Part shown: positions 28,045 to 36,858 of the stretch, piece by piece
How positions within the stretch are numbered: the stretch's first letter is position 1
Layout of the letters: each line of letters opens with the position of its first letter
Virus record (IMG/VR): IMGVR_UViG_3300042868_012858
Location: 9,570-73,569 of that record
DNA: 64,000 nucleotides
DNA from: a virus
Direction: 5' to 3' (one strand)
Notes under the pieces: generated by a model
The model's input: only the letters and a program-made list of their open reading frames with translations
What the model was told of the DNA's origin: nothing
Database searches by the model: none
Made by a program: the position numbers and the translations under genes

Positions 28045-29226
28045 ATGAATGCAACGAATAATCAAATAACCTTAGTAAAAGACACAATTAACAATAATGA
28101 TATAGACAATTTGATATCATGGTTAGAGACGTACCCTAAATTGACTAAAGGTGAAAAGACGATTGAATTTGAAGAAATGTGGTCAAAGTGGATGGGGTGT
28201 AAATATTCTGTATTTGTTAATTCAGGATCATCCGCAAATCTACTGATGTTCTATGCATTGAAAGAACTTTATAAGTTAAGGAATAATAAGATTGCGATAC
28301 CAGCATTGAGTTGGGCTACAGATTTATCGCCAGCAATTCATCTAGGATTTGAACCAATATTAGTAGATTGTAATCTAGATAATTTATCTGTTGATTTAAA
28401 GCATTTAGAAGAGCTTTTTAAAGAAGAAGCTCCGTCTGCTCTAGTTTTAGTATCTGTGTTAGGGTTAGCTCCTGAAATTGATAAGATTGTAAGTTTATGT
28501 AAAAAATACGATGTTATTTTATTGGAGGATAATTGTGAAAGCCAAGGCACATCAGTAAACGAATTGAAATTGGGTAATTTTGGATTGATGTCTTCTTTTT
28601 CAACTTATTTTGGGCACACTATGAGTACAATAGAGGGTGGTATGGTGTGCACTAACGATAAAGCTGTTTATAATATGATTAAACAGCTTAGAAGTCATGG
28701 GTGGGATAGAGATTTGGATGTTGAAACGCAAAGAAAACTACGAAATGATTGGAATGTAGATTCATTTTCATCTCTTTATACTTTTTATGTACCAGGATTC
28801 AATTTAAGATCTACTGACTTGCAAGCTGTTATAGGAATAGGGCAACTCAAAAAGATTGATGATATGATTTCAAAAAGAAACGAGAATTTTAAAAAATTCT
28901 CTGACTTATTAAAAGGTCATACTTGGTTTCCAAAAGAAACGGACAATAGCTTCACATCTAGCTTCTGTATTCCTATAATTGCAGTAAGTTCTGAACAAAA
29001 AAAAAGAATAGTTGACAAATTAATAAATAATGGTGTTGAGTGTAGACCTTTGATATGCGGCTCTATGGGGACTCAGCCTTTCTATGTAAAAAAATACGGA
29101 AGAAAAGAATTGCCAAACGCTTCAATTGTTGATTCTTGTGGTTTGTATGTTCCAAATCATCCAAATCTTACAGATGAAGAAATTGAAAGAATTTGCAATT
29201 GCATATTAACTTCATTAATAAAATAA
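28045..29226 (+). CDS. colD: DegT/DnrJ-family PLP enzyme, ColD-like GDP-4-keto-6-deoxymannose 3-dehydratase
   Basis: VNSGSSANL, LEDNCES, SFSTYFGHTMSTIEGG with His at the usual catalytic Lys position; no E1-type Cys cluster (SHGWDRD). Confidence 0.75.
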   Translation: MNATNNQITLVKDTINNNDIDNLISWLETYPKLTKGEKTIEFEEMWSKWMGCKYSVFVNSGSSANLLMFYALKELYKLRNNKIAIPALSWATDLSPAIHLGFEPILVDCNLDNLSVDLKHLEELFKEEAPSALVLVSVLGLAPEIDKIVSLCKKYDVILLEDNCESQGTSVNELKLGNFGLMSSFSTYFGHTMSTIEGGMVCTNDKAVYNMIKQLRSHGWDRDLDVETQRKLRNDWNVDSFSSLYTFYVPGFNLRSTDLQAVIGIGQLKKIDDMISKRNENFKKFSDLLKGHTWFPKETDNSFTSSFCIPIIAVSSEQKKRIVDKLINNGVECRPLICGSMGTQPFYVKKYGRKELPNASIVDSCGLYVPNHPNLTDEEIERICNCILTSLIK

Positions 29227-29229
29227 TTT

Positions 29230-30147
29230 ATGGAAAATAGAATTATTGTCACAGGCGGTAATGGACTATTAGGTAGTGCTGTTAAAAATAAAATTGAAGC
29301 TTTCACTTTTAGTAGCTCAGAATATAATCTAGAAAAAGATAGTTTTTCAAAACTACTTTCTTTACCAACAAATCAATCGGTAGATACAATTATACATTGT
29401 GCGGCAAAAGTGGGAGGTGTAGGTGCAAATATGAACGCAAACTTTGAGTTCTTCCAAAAGAATGTAAAAATTGACCAAAATGTATTAAATTCCTGCTTAG
29501 AGCATAGAATAGAAAATCTTGTAACAATATTATCAACTTGTGTATTTCCTGATAAAGTTGAATACCCGCTTACTGCAGATAAAATTGATTTAGGTGCGCC
29601 ACACTTTTCTAATTATGGATATTCTTACGCAAAAAGACTATTGTATTACCAAACTAAGATGTATAGAAATGTGGTTGGTAAAAATTGGATTTCGGTCATA
29701 CCAACAAACTTATATGGAGCTAACGACAACTTCAATTTAGAAAATTCTCATCTTATTCCAGCTTTAATAAGAAAAGCTCACGAAGCATCTATAAGCGGTG
29801 AAAATTTTGTCGTTTGGGGAGATGGTTCTCCATTGCGTCAATTTGTTTATTCGGAAGATATGGCAAAGATTATTCTTTGGGCTGTAGAAAATTGGAAATC
29901 AGAAAGTCCTTTGATGGCTGTAAATGAAAGAGAGTATTCCATCAAAGAAGTTGCTATGATTATTGCGGATAGATTTGGAATTTCTGAAAATAAAATTATA
30001 TTTGATAAAACCAAGCCTAATGGTCAATTTAGGAAGCCAGCAAAGTCGGATGTGAATTGGTTCGAATTTACACCACTTGACGAAGGTATAAATAAGACAA
30101 TAGATTGGTTTGTTGAAAATTATAATAAAAATAATATAAGACTTTAA
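29230..30147 (+). CDS. fcl: GDP-L-fucose synthase / ColC-like epimerase-reductase
   Basis: TGGNGLLG, AAKVGG, STCVFP, YSYAKR, PTNLYG.NDNF, WGDGSPLRQF. Confidence 0.9.
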   Translation: MENRIIVTGGNGLLGSAVKNKIEAFTFSSSEYNLEKDSFSKLLSLPTNQSVDTIIHCAAKVGGVGANMNANFEFFQKNVKIDQNVLNSCLEHRIENLVTILSTCVFPDKVEYPLTADKIDLGAPHFSNYGYSYAKRLLYYQTKMYRNVVGKNWISVIPTNLYGANDNFNLENSHLIPALIRKAHEASISGENFVVWGDGSPLRQFVYSEDMAKIILWAVENWKSESPLMAVNEREYSIKEVAMIIADRFGISENKIIFDKTKPNGQFRKPAKSDVNWFEFTPLDEGINKTIDWFVENYNKNNIRL

Positions 30148-30148
30148 A

Positions 30149-31207
30149 ATGAAAAAAGCGCTGATTTTTGGAATCACAGGACAAGATGGGAGTTATCTTG
30201 CTGAGTTGTTGTTGGAGAAAGGGTATGAGGTTCATGGGGTGATAAGAAGATCTTCGTCTTTTAACACTGGTAGGCTTGAACATATATTTAGTAAGTTAGT
30301 ACTTCACTATGGAGACGTTACAGACCCTTTAGCTGTGACAAATATAATCTCGCAAATCAAACCTGATGAAATTTATAATTTATCAGCTCAATCTCATGTT
30401 AAAGTTTCTTTTGAGATGCCGTATTATACAGGAATGGTTGATTCATTAGGTACAATGGCTGTATTAGAAGCTATGAGAGCTCATTGCCCAACTTCAAAAT
30501 TCTATCAGGCATCCACTTCTGAGTTATATGGAGGAATGGAACATAATAGACCTGAAACTGGTTATACTGAAGAGTCTCCTTTTCACCCAAGAAGCCCTTA
30601 CGGTGTTGCTAAAATCTATGGATTTTGGGCTGTAAAAAACTATCGAGAAGCATATAATCTTTATGCGTGCAACGGAATTCTGTTCAATCACGAATCACCT
30701 AGAAGGGGTGGTACTTTTGTAACAAAGAAGGTTGTGGATGCGCTTGTTGAAGTTAAGTGCAATAACGGAAAGCCTCTAAAAATAGGAAATTTAGAAGCTA
30801 AAAGAGATTGGGGTTACGCAAAAGAATATGTTGAAGGTATGTGGCTTATGCTACAACAAGATAAGCCTGAAGACTTTGTGTTGGCTACAGGAGAAGTTCA
30901 TGCAGTTAGAGAACTTGTTGAAGTTACCGCAACTCATTTGGGTTATGAAATAAAATGGGAAGGTGAAGGTGTAGAAGAAAAAGGATACGATTCAAAAACA
31001 GGTAAACTTCTTGTTGAAGTAGATTCTCAATATTTTAGACCATCTGAAGTTGATTATTTATTGGGTGACCCTAAAAGAGCTCAAGAAATATTGGGTTGGG
31101 AACCAAAAACAAAATTTAAAGAATTGATTAACATTATGGTAGATCACAGATTGTGCAACTACCCTTCTCATTCTGTTGATTTAATTAAAGAAGTTAGTGA
31201 AAAATAA
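30149..31207 (+). CDS. gmd: GDP-mannose 4,6-dehydratase
   Basis: GITGQDGSYL, AQSHVKVSF, YQASTSELYG, PRSPYGVAK, NHESPRRG, RDWG. Confidence 0.97.
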   Translation: MKKALIFGITGQDGSYLAELLLEKGYEVHGVIRRSSSFNTGRLEHIFSKLVLHYGDVTDPLAVTNIISQIKPDEIYNLSAQSHVKVSFEMPYYTGMVDSLGTMAVLEAMRAHCPTSKFYQASTSELYGGMEHNRPETGYTEESPFHPRSPYGVAKIYGFWAVKNYREAYNLYACNGILFNHESPRRGGTFVTKKVVDALVEVKCNNGKPLKIGNLEAKRDWGYAKEYVEGMWLMLQQDKPEDFVLATGEVHAVRELVEVTATHLGYEIKWEGEGVEEKGYDSKTGKLLVEVDSQYFRPSEVDYLLGDPKRAQEILGWEPKTKFKELINIMVDHRLCNYPSHSVDLIKEVSEK

Positions 31208-32186
31208 AAAGGTTTTAATTACTGGAGGTTTAGGTTATATCGGAAGTCATACAATTGTTAAACTATACGAGAATGGGTATGAGCCGATTATAATTGACAA
31301 CCTTTCAAATTCAAATATATCAGTACTTGATAGTATTGAAGAGATTGTTGGTACTAAACCTTTGTTTTATGAACTAGATATTGAAAGAGATGTTGCTCAA
31401 ATATGTCAAATGTTATTAAGAGAAAAGGTAGAGTATGTCATTCATTTCGCAGGATATAAATCTGTTAAAGAATCAGTCGTAAATCCTATAAAGTATTTTT
31501 CTAATAACATAAACTCTACTACGCAACTTCTATACGCCCTTCAGATATCTGGTGTTAAAAAATTAATTTTTTCTTCTTCTGCAACAGTTTATGGGGAGGC
31601 GGATTATTTTCCAGTTACCGAAAATACTCCTAGAAAAAAGCCAACAAACCCTTATGGTGAATCTAAATATATTTGTGAAGATATAATAGAAACAACCTGT
31701 AAGTTCACTGACTTATCCGCAGTATCATTAAGATATTTTAATCCAATAGGAGCTCATCCATCTGGTAAGATATTTGAAAACCCAAAAGGCATTCCAGAAA
31801 ATTTAGTACCATATATCCAAAGAGTAATAAGTGGTGAGTATGAAAAGCTTACTATTTTTGGAAATGATTACGACACAATAGACGGAACGTGTATTAGAGA
31901 TTATATCGATGTAAATGATTTAGCTCAAGCTCACATAAATGCACTTAATGTTTGTGAAAATGGCTATAAGTTTTACAATATAGGATCTGGAAGTGGTTAC
32001 TCTGTATTGGAATTAATAAACGAATTCAAAAAACAATCAATAGATGTTCCTTTTATTTTTGCAAGTAGAAGAAGTGGTGATGTTCCGAAAATATATGCAG
32101 ATATTACCAAGGCAAAATTAGAAATGAATTGGAGTCCATCTGTGTCAATAGAAGAAACAATTAAATCTATAATAAATCTAAAATAG
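31197..32186 (+). CDS. galE: UDP-glucose 4-epimerase
   Basis: GGLGYIGSH, SSSATVYG, NPYGESK, LRYFNP, DGTCIRDYI. Confidence 0.95.
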   Translation: MKNKKVLITGGLGYIGSHTIVKLYENGYEPIIIDNLSNSNISVLDSIEEIVGTKPLFYELDIERDVAQICQMLLREKVEYVIHFAGYKSVKESVVNPIKYFSNNINSTTQLLYALQISGVKKLIFSSSATVYGEADYFPVTENTPRKKPTNPYGESKYICEDIIETTCKFTDLSAVSLRYFNPIGAHPSGKIFENPKGIPENLVPYIQRVISGEYEKLTIFGNDYDTIDGTCIRDYIDVNDLAQAHINALNVCENGYKFYNIGSGSGYSVLELINEFKKQSIDVPFIFASRRSGDVPKIYADITKAKLEMNWSPSVSIEETIKSIINLK

Positions 32187-32193
32187 TTAATAT

Positions 32194-32224
32194 TTTGGAT
32201 TTTTATTTTTTTTAACTAAATTTG
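32194..32224 (+). promoter_or_regulatory. Bacteroidota primary-sigma promoter TTTG-N19-TAnnTTTG
   Basis: TTTG at 32194-32197, 19-nt spacer, TAAATTTG at 32217-32224, 24 nt before ATG 32249. Confidence 0.7.
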
Positions 32225-32248
32225 GTCTCAAGAAAACAAACAACATAA

Positions 32249-33835
32249 ATGAAGTTCAAAGATTTAACTCAAGAACAGATTGAATACGCACAAAAAGTAT
32301 ATTCCAATAAAAGCATAAGCTGGGATGATAGAATGAAATCTCTAATGGAATTTTTTGGCAAATCTGAAAGAACAGTAAGAAAGTGGTGCTCCGAAAAATT
32401 AAAGTTCAAAGAAAAAACTGACCAAGAGCCAGAGCAGTACGTAAAAGCAAAAGAGAGAAAGCATGATAAATCTAAAAAGAGATTTATTATAACTTGGGCA
32501 CAAAACAACACTCCAGTTCATAATGGATTCCTTTCCAATATAAAATCATATGCTGATTATATTGGAGCTGATTTGCATGTTATCGCTGGAAGGTATAAAA
32601 ACCCAACATCTGTTTGGACTGACCAACAAGAAAAAGAAGAGTTTTGGGATGATAGCGTTGTTCCTTATTTAGATGCAAACAGACATGATATACATAAGTT
32701 TGTATCTATATTGTCTGATATAAAAATACAACCTACTGCTGTAAATCCTATGACGGGAATGCAAGGTGTAAGCGGAATTAACTCTTGTATATTTGGTAGC
32801 CCAAAGGTGCAATTGGAAATGATTCCTGTATTAGAGGGCTGTGCTCCCAAGATGATGGTTACTACTGGCGCTGTTACAAAGAAAAATTACACAGATTCAA
32901 AAGCTGGAAAAAAAGGTGAATTTCATCACACGTTTGGCTTCGTAATAGTAGAAATAAAAGATGAGCAAACATTTTTTATAAGACAGGTTACTGCTGATGA
33001 TAAAAATGGTAGCTTTAGTGATTTATATTATAGAGTTGAGAACGGAGAAGTATTTGATGTAAATTCTATTTCCGCAATCGTATTGGGTGATTTACATTAT
33101 GGTCACCACGATGAAGATGTTTTAGATTCTACAATAGATTTAATGCACGAATTAACACCCGACCACGTTGTTTTACATGACGTATTTGATGGTAATTCGA
33201 TAAGTCACCACGAAATGAAAGACCCGTTCATTCAATACGGAAAAGAGATATCTGGAAAGAATGATTTAGGTAAGGAAATTGATGAAATGCTGGAGGGTCT
33301 AAATAGATTCAAAGATTTTAAAAATGTTGTTATCGTAAGAAGTAATCACGATGATTTTTTAGACAGATGGCTTAAGAATGAAGATTGGAAAAAACAGCCT
33401 ACATTTAAAAACTCTAGGTTGTATATGAAATTCAGTGATTTACTTTTAGAACAATATGGTGAAAACCCTTATAATGTAAAAGGTGTTATTCCATCTCTTA
33501 TAAATGATAGATTTCCTAAATTTATAACATTAGGCAGAAGCGCATCTTACAAAGTAAAGGGGTGGGAGCTTGGTCAACATGGAGACATAGGTTCAAATGG
33601 AAGTAGAGGGTCTCTTTTGCAATTTAGGCAATTAAACACAAAAGTTATAGTTGGTCACTATCATAGCCCTGGAAGAAAAGACGGGGCAATAGCAGTAGGG
33701 ACATCAACTAAACTTCGTGTAGGATATAATAAAGGCGCTAGTGGATGGCTTCAATCTCACGTAATAATTCACACAGATGGAAGAGCACAACACATTAACT
33801 TTATAGATGGAGAATTTACAACTTTTAAAAAATAA
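32249..33835 (+). CDS. Calcineurin-like metallophosphoesterase with N-terminal HTH
   Basis: GKSERTVRKW HTH-like; GDLH, HDVFDG, SNHD, HGD and GHYH metal-binding motifs. Confidence 0.8.
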   Translation: MKFKDLTQEQIEYAQKVYSNKSISWDDRMKSLMEFFGKSERTVRKWCSEKLKFKEKTDQEPEQYVKAKERKHDKSKKRFIITWAQNNTPVHNGFLSNIKSYADYIGADLHVIAGRYKNPTSVWTDQQEKEEFWDDSVVPYLDANRHDIHKFVSILSDIKIQPTAVNPMTGMQGVSGINSCIFGSPKVQLEMIPVLEGCAPKMMVTTGAVTKKNYTDSKAGKKGEFHHTFGFVIVEIKDEQTFFIRQVTADDKNGSFSDLYYRVENGEVFDVNSISAIVLGDLHYGHHDEDVLDSTIDLMHELTPDHVVLHDVFDGNSISHHEMKDPFIQYGKEISGKNDLGKEIDEMLEGLNRFKDFKNVVIVRSNHDDFLDRWLKNEDWKKQPTFKNSRLYMKFSDLLLEQYGENPYNVKGVIPSLINDRFPKFITLGRSASYKVKGWELGQHGDIGSNGSRGSLLQFRQLNTKVIVGHYHSPGRKDGAIAVGTSTKLRVGYNKGASGWLQSHVIIHTDGRAQHINFIDGEFTTFKK

Positions 33836-33838
33836 AAT

Positions 33839-34597
33839 ATGAAAAAAATAGGAATTAACATAGATGGAATCATCAGAGATTCATTCAATAAATTTGACAT
33901 TCAATATAGAAAAGTTTTTATTCATAACCCTTGTTTGGTTGCTATGAATGAAAATGATATGACTATGAGAGAGTTTACTAACGAAGAAATGGATGAAATC
34001 GATAGAAAAATAGAAGAAAAGGAATCTGAGATGCTAGTTCTTCCTATGGACTCATCTGATTTCTTAAATCATTACAAGTTTGAGCAAAAAGAAATTCCAA
34101 TGACTGCTGAGAAGTTTTTGGTTCACAATGGAGAAGTTTATGATGACGCCCCTCAAGAAAACATCATAATTAGCCCTGAAAAAGCGTTGCATAACTTTAT
34201 GTATGAAGATTACGCACTACAAATCTTTGGTCAAACTGAAGAAATTGGAAATGCAATGGATATTGTAAATAGGATTCAGGGAGTTGGAATGGAAGAAGGT
34301 TCTTTTGAGGTTGTATTACTTACTACATGTAAAAGAAAAGCAATTCCTGCAACTTATTCTTTTTTAGCATTAAAAAACTGCAGAATCAAAAACTTGGTAT
34401 TTGTAGATGAAGATTATCAAAAATGGGATCATTGTGATATTCTAATTGATGTTATGCCTGAATCTATTCAAGCAAAACCAAAAGGAAAGGTTGCGATAAA
34501 AATAAATCAAGATTTCAATAAGTGGGATGAGGCTGATTATTCTTTTGATAACATTAAAGAAGTTTACAATAAAGAGTTCTTGGTTAGTTTATTGTAA
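33839..34597 (+). CDS. HAD-like 5'(3')-nucleotidase-fold protein (degenerate motif I)
   Basis: IGINIDGIIRD (Asn at the first Asp position), DILID, FNKW. Confidence 0.6.
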   Translation: MKKIGINIDGIIRDSFNKFDIQYRKVFIHNPCLVAMNENDMTMREFTNEEMDEIDRKIEEKESEMLVLPMDSSDFLNHYKFEQKEIPMTAEKFLVHNGEVYDDAPQENIIISPEKALHNFMYEDYALQIFGQTEEIGNAMDIVNRIQGVGMEEGSFEVVLLTTCKRKAIPATYSFLALKNCRIKNLVFVDEDYQKWDHCDILIDVMPESIQAKPKGKVAIKINQDFNKWDEADYSFDNIKEVYNKEFLVSLL

Positions 34598-34620
34598 ACA
34601 ACGAATTGCCAATTTCTATT

Positions 34621-34650
34621 AAAGCCGATTATTTAAATAGTCGGCTTTTT
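34621..34650 (+). terminator. Intrinsic terminator
   Basis: aaagccgattattt-aaatagtcggcttttt inverted repeat followed by a T-tract. Confidence 0.8.
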
Positions 34651-34727
34651 TATTTTTTTTAAAAAAACTATTTACATTTTTTTGCATACCACATATATTT
34701 AATTCGAATTAACTGAATAAAATATAT

Positions 34728-35951
34728 ATGGAAAAAGAAACAGCAACCGTAGCAGTTGATGACAAGCAAATGAGTCATAACGAAATTATAGATTCATCTA
34801 TTGCAAAACTCCAAAACAACGATTTCAGAGTTTATTTTTATTGTCCTCCTGTTAATTTTGCAAGTGGTGGTATGGGTACATTACTCAGACTTGCAAAAAA
34901 CCTTAAAGAAGATGGTTTTAATGTAAAGTTGGTTTACCAACCTAGATTAGACCAAAGAGCTTCTTATGAAGATTCTATGAGAGAGTCTCAAAAACAAAAG
35001 AAACAAGTTCAAATTCATGTTTTTGAAAAATTTGAACCTACTTGGATGGATTTTGATTTAGACGGAATCGAAATAATTCCTTTGGGTGAAGGGGAAATTA
35101 CATTCAATGATCAAAATAGAACTAAGGCTCAAGCTCAAGCGTTAGCTGTGCTTCCTGAAGATTTATTGATTATTCCTGAAGGTTTTCCTGATGTTATGCA
35201 AAAAACAATGCAAACAGCATGCAAGAGAATCGTTCTTGCTCAAAGCTGGTTCTATGTATTAAATGCAATGCAGCCAGGTCAAACTTGGCAACATTTCGGA
35301 ATTCAGGATGTTGTTTCTGTTTCAGATGCTATTACTGAATATTTGGGATCTATTATGCCAGGTTTAAAGGTTAAAAATGTTAAACAAGGAATCAATAGAG
35401 AACTTTTTAAAGTTCCAGAAAAAGTATCTAAAAAAGCACCAGTTATTGTTTATAGTGCAAATAGAGGACAAGAAAATAAACTAAAAACAATCAACCTAAT
35501 CAAAACTTTCTATATGTTCTATCCTCACTTAAGATGGATAAGATTCGTAGAGCTTGCAGATATGTCAAGAGAGGAGTTTGCTGATAGAGTAGCATCTAGT
35601 GCTTTTGCTCTTTATACAGATGATATAGCAGGTTTTGGAACATTACCACTTGAAGCAATGGCTTGCGGTACACACGTTGTTGGTTGGGCTTCTTTTGGAG
35701 GAAAAGAGTATATGAACGAAAACAATGGTTTTTGGACAAACAACGGAGATATTTTCCAAACTGCTGAACTTTTAGGTATCGCCGTAGACAAATGGTTGAA
35801 TGGTGAACTTGATAACCCTACTGTACAAGAGGCTTATGAAGAAACTTTATCTCACTACACTTTAGAAGGAGAAAGAAGTCAGTTTTTAAATGTTATTAAC
35901 GAATACAAAAAAGAAAGAATCAATGAGCTTGAAGGAATCAAAACAAAGTAA
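34728..35951 (+). CDS. GT-B (GT4-like) glycosyltransferase
   Basis: ASGGM, IIPEGF, GFGTLPLEAMACG. Confidence 0.82.
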   Translation: MEKETATVAVDDKQMSHNEIIDSSIAKLQNNDFRVYFYCPPVNFASGGMGTLLRLAKNLKEDGFNVKLVYQPRLDQRASYEDSMRESQKQKKQVQIHVFEKFEPTWMDFDLDGIEIIPLGEGEITFNDQNRTKAQAQALAVLPEDLLIIPEGFPDVMQKTMQTACKRIVLAQSWFYVLNAMQPGQTWQHFGIQDVVSVSDAITEYLGSIMPGLKVKNVKQGINRELFKVPEKVSKKAPVIVYSANRGQENKLKTINLIKTFYMFYPHLRWIRFVELADMSREEFADRVASSAFALYTDDIAGFGTLPLEAMACGTHVVGWASFGGKEYMNENNGFWTNNGDIFQTAELLGIAVDKWLNGELDNPTVQEAYEETLSHYTLEGERSQFLNVINEYKKERINELEGIKTK

Positions 35952-36858
35952 ATACCTGGTAGGTATTTATCTTGACCAACTAGAAAAAGATAGTAACTTA
36001 GCATCTTGTTTATATAGTCTAGCAAATCAAACACTTCCAGTGGATGTAGTTTTATTTGCAAAAGGATTGAGTGCTGAAAATATTTCACACCTTAAACAAT
36101 TAGCTGAAAAACCATTTGCTTCATATATAGAAAGAGATGAGCAAAGCCAAGTTGTAGATCGAAGAATAGACTCTGAAAGAGGCGTTAATTATACAATTAT
36201 CGAAACTTCTGAGGTTATGAATTTGTCAAAAATATTTAACACGATTTTTAACTTAGCTTTGGAAAATGGATACGAAGCCATTTCTATTGCTGAGCCAGAA
36301 GATGGATACTCTGTTAAGTGGTTTGAAACGGCTGATAGATACATGGTTGAAAATCCTGACATCGCTATCTTTACACCAATTATTAGAAATATCGTAAATG
36401 GTGCTTTCTCTGGAGTTATGAATGAATCTCCTTGGGTAGAAGGCATGTCTGAAGAGGCTGGTAAATTTGACCTTAATCTTTTGCAGAGATTTAATTGCGC
36501 AAACCCTCTTGGTGCTGTTTATAGAGTAGAATCTATAGATGAGTATGCAGAGAAAAAAGATGACGAGTCTAAGCCAATGAAGGAAAGTATGAAACTTAGC
36601 CATTACTATGAGTTCTTTTTGAGAATGATTTATGATGATGTTAAAATCGTGACAATTCCTAGAATCGGGTATGAAATTAAAATGGTAAACAAAGACTATT
36701 TTACAGATTCTAGTTGTAAAGTTCCTCAAAACTTGGCTATAATCCCTGAGGACAAAGGTGGTATGAGTTCTGAAGAAGCTAGATTTTGGTTTGAGCTTGC
36801 CAAAAAGGAGTTTTTCTATGACGATGATAGAAACAAAGTCTATGAATTATCTGCCTAA
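35923..36858 (+). CDS. Divergent GT2-like protein (start revised to 35923)
   Basis: SLANQT, EPEDGYS (degenerate DxD), YEFFLR, IPRIGY. Confidence 0.6.
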   Translation: MSLKESKQSKYLVGIYLDQLEKDSNLASCLYSLANQTLPVDVVLFAKGLSAENISHLKQLAEKPFASYIERDEQSQVVDRRIDSERGVNYTIIETSEVMNLSKIFNTIFNLALENGYEAISIAEPEDGYSVKWFETADRYMVENPDIAIFTPIIRNIVNGAFSGVMNESPWVEGMSEEAGKFDLNLLQRFNCANPLGAVYRVESIDEYAEKKDDESKPMKESMKLSHYYEFFLRMIYDDVKIVTIPRIGYEIKMVNKDYFTDSSCKVPQNLAIIPEDKGGMSSEEARFWFELAKKEFFYDDDRNKVYELSA

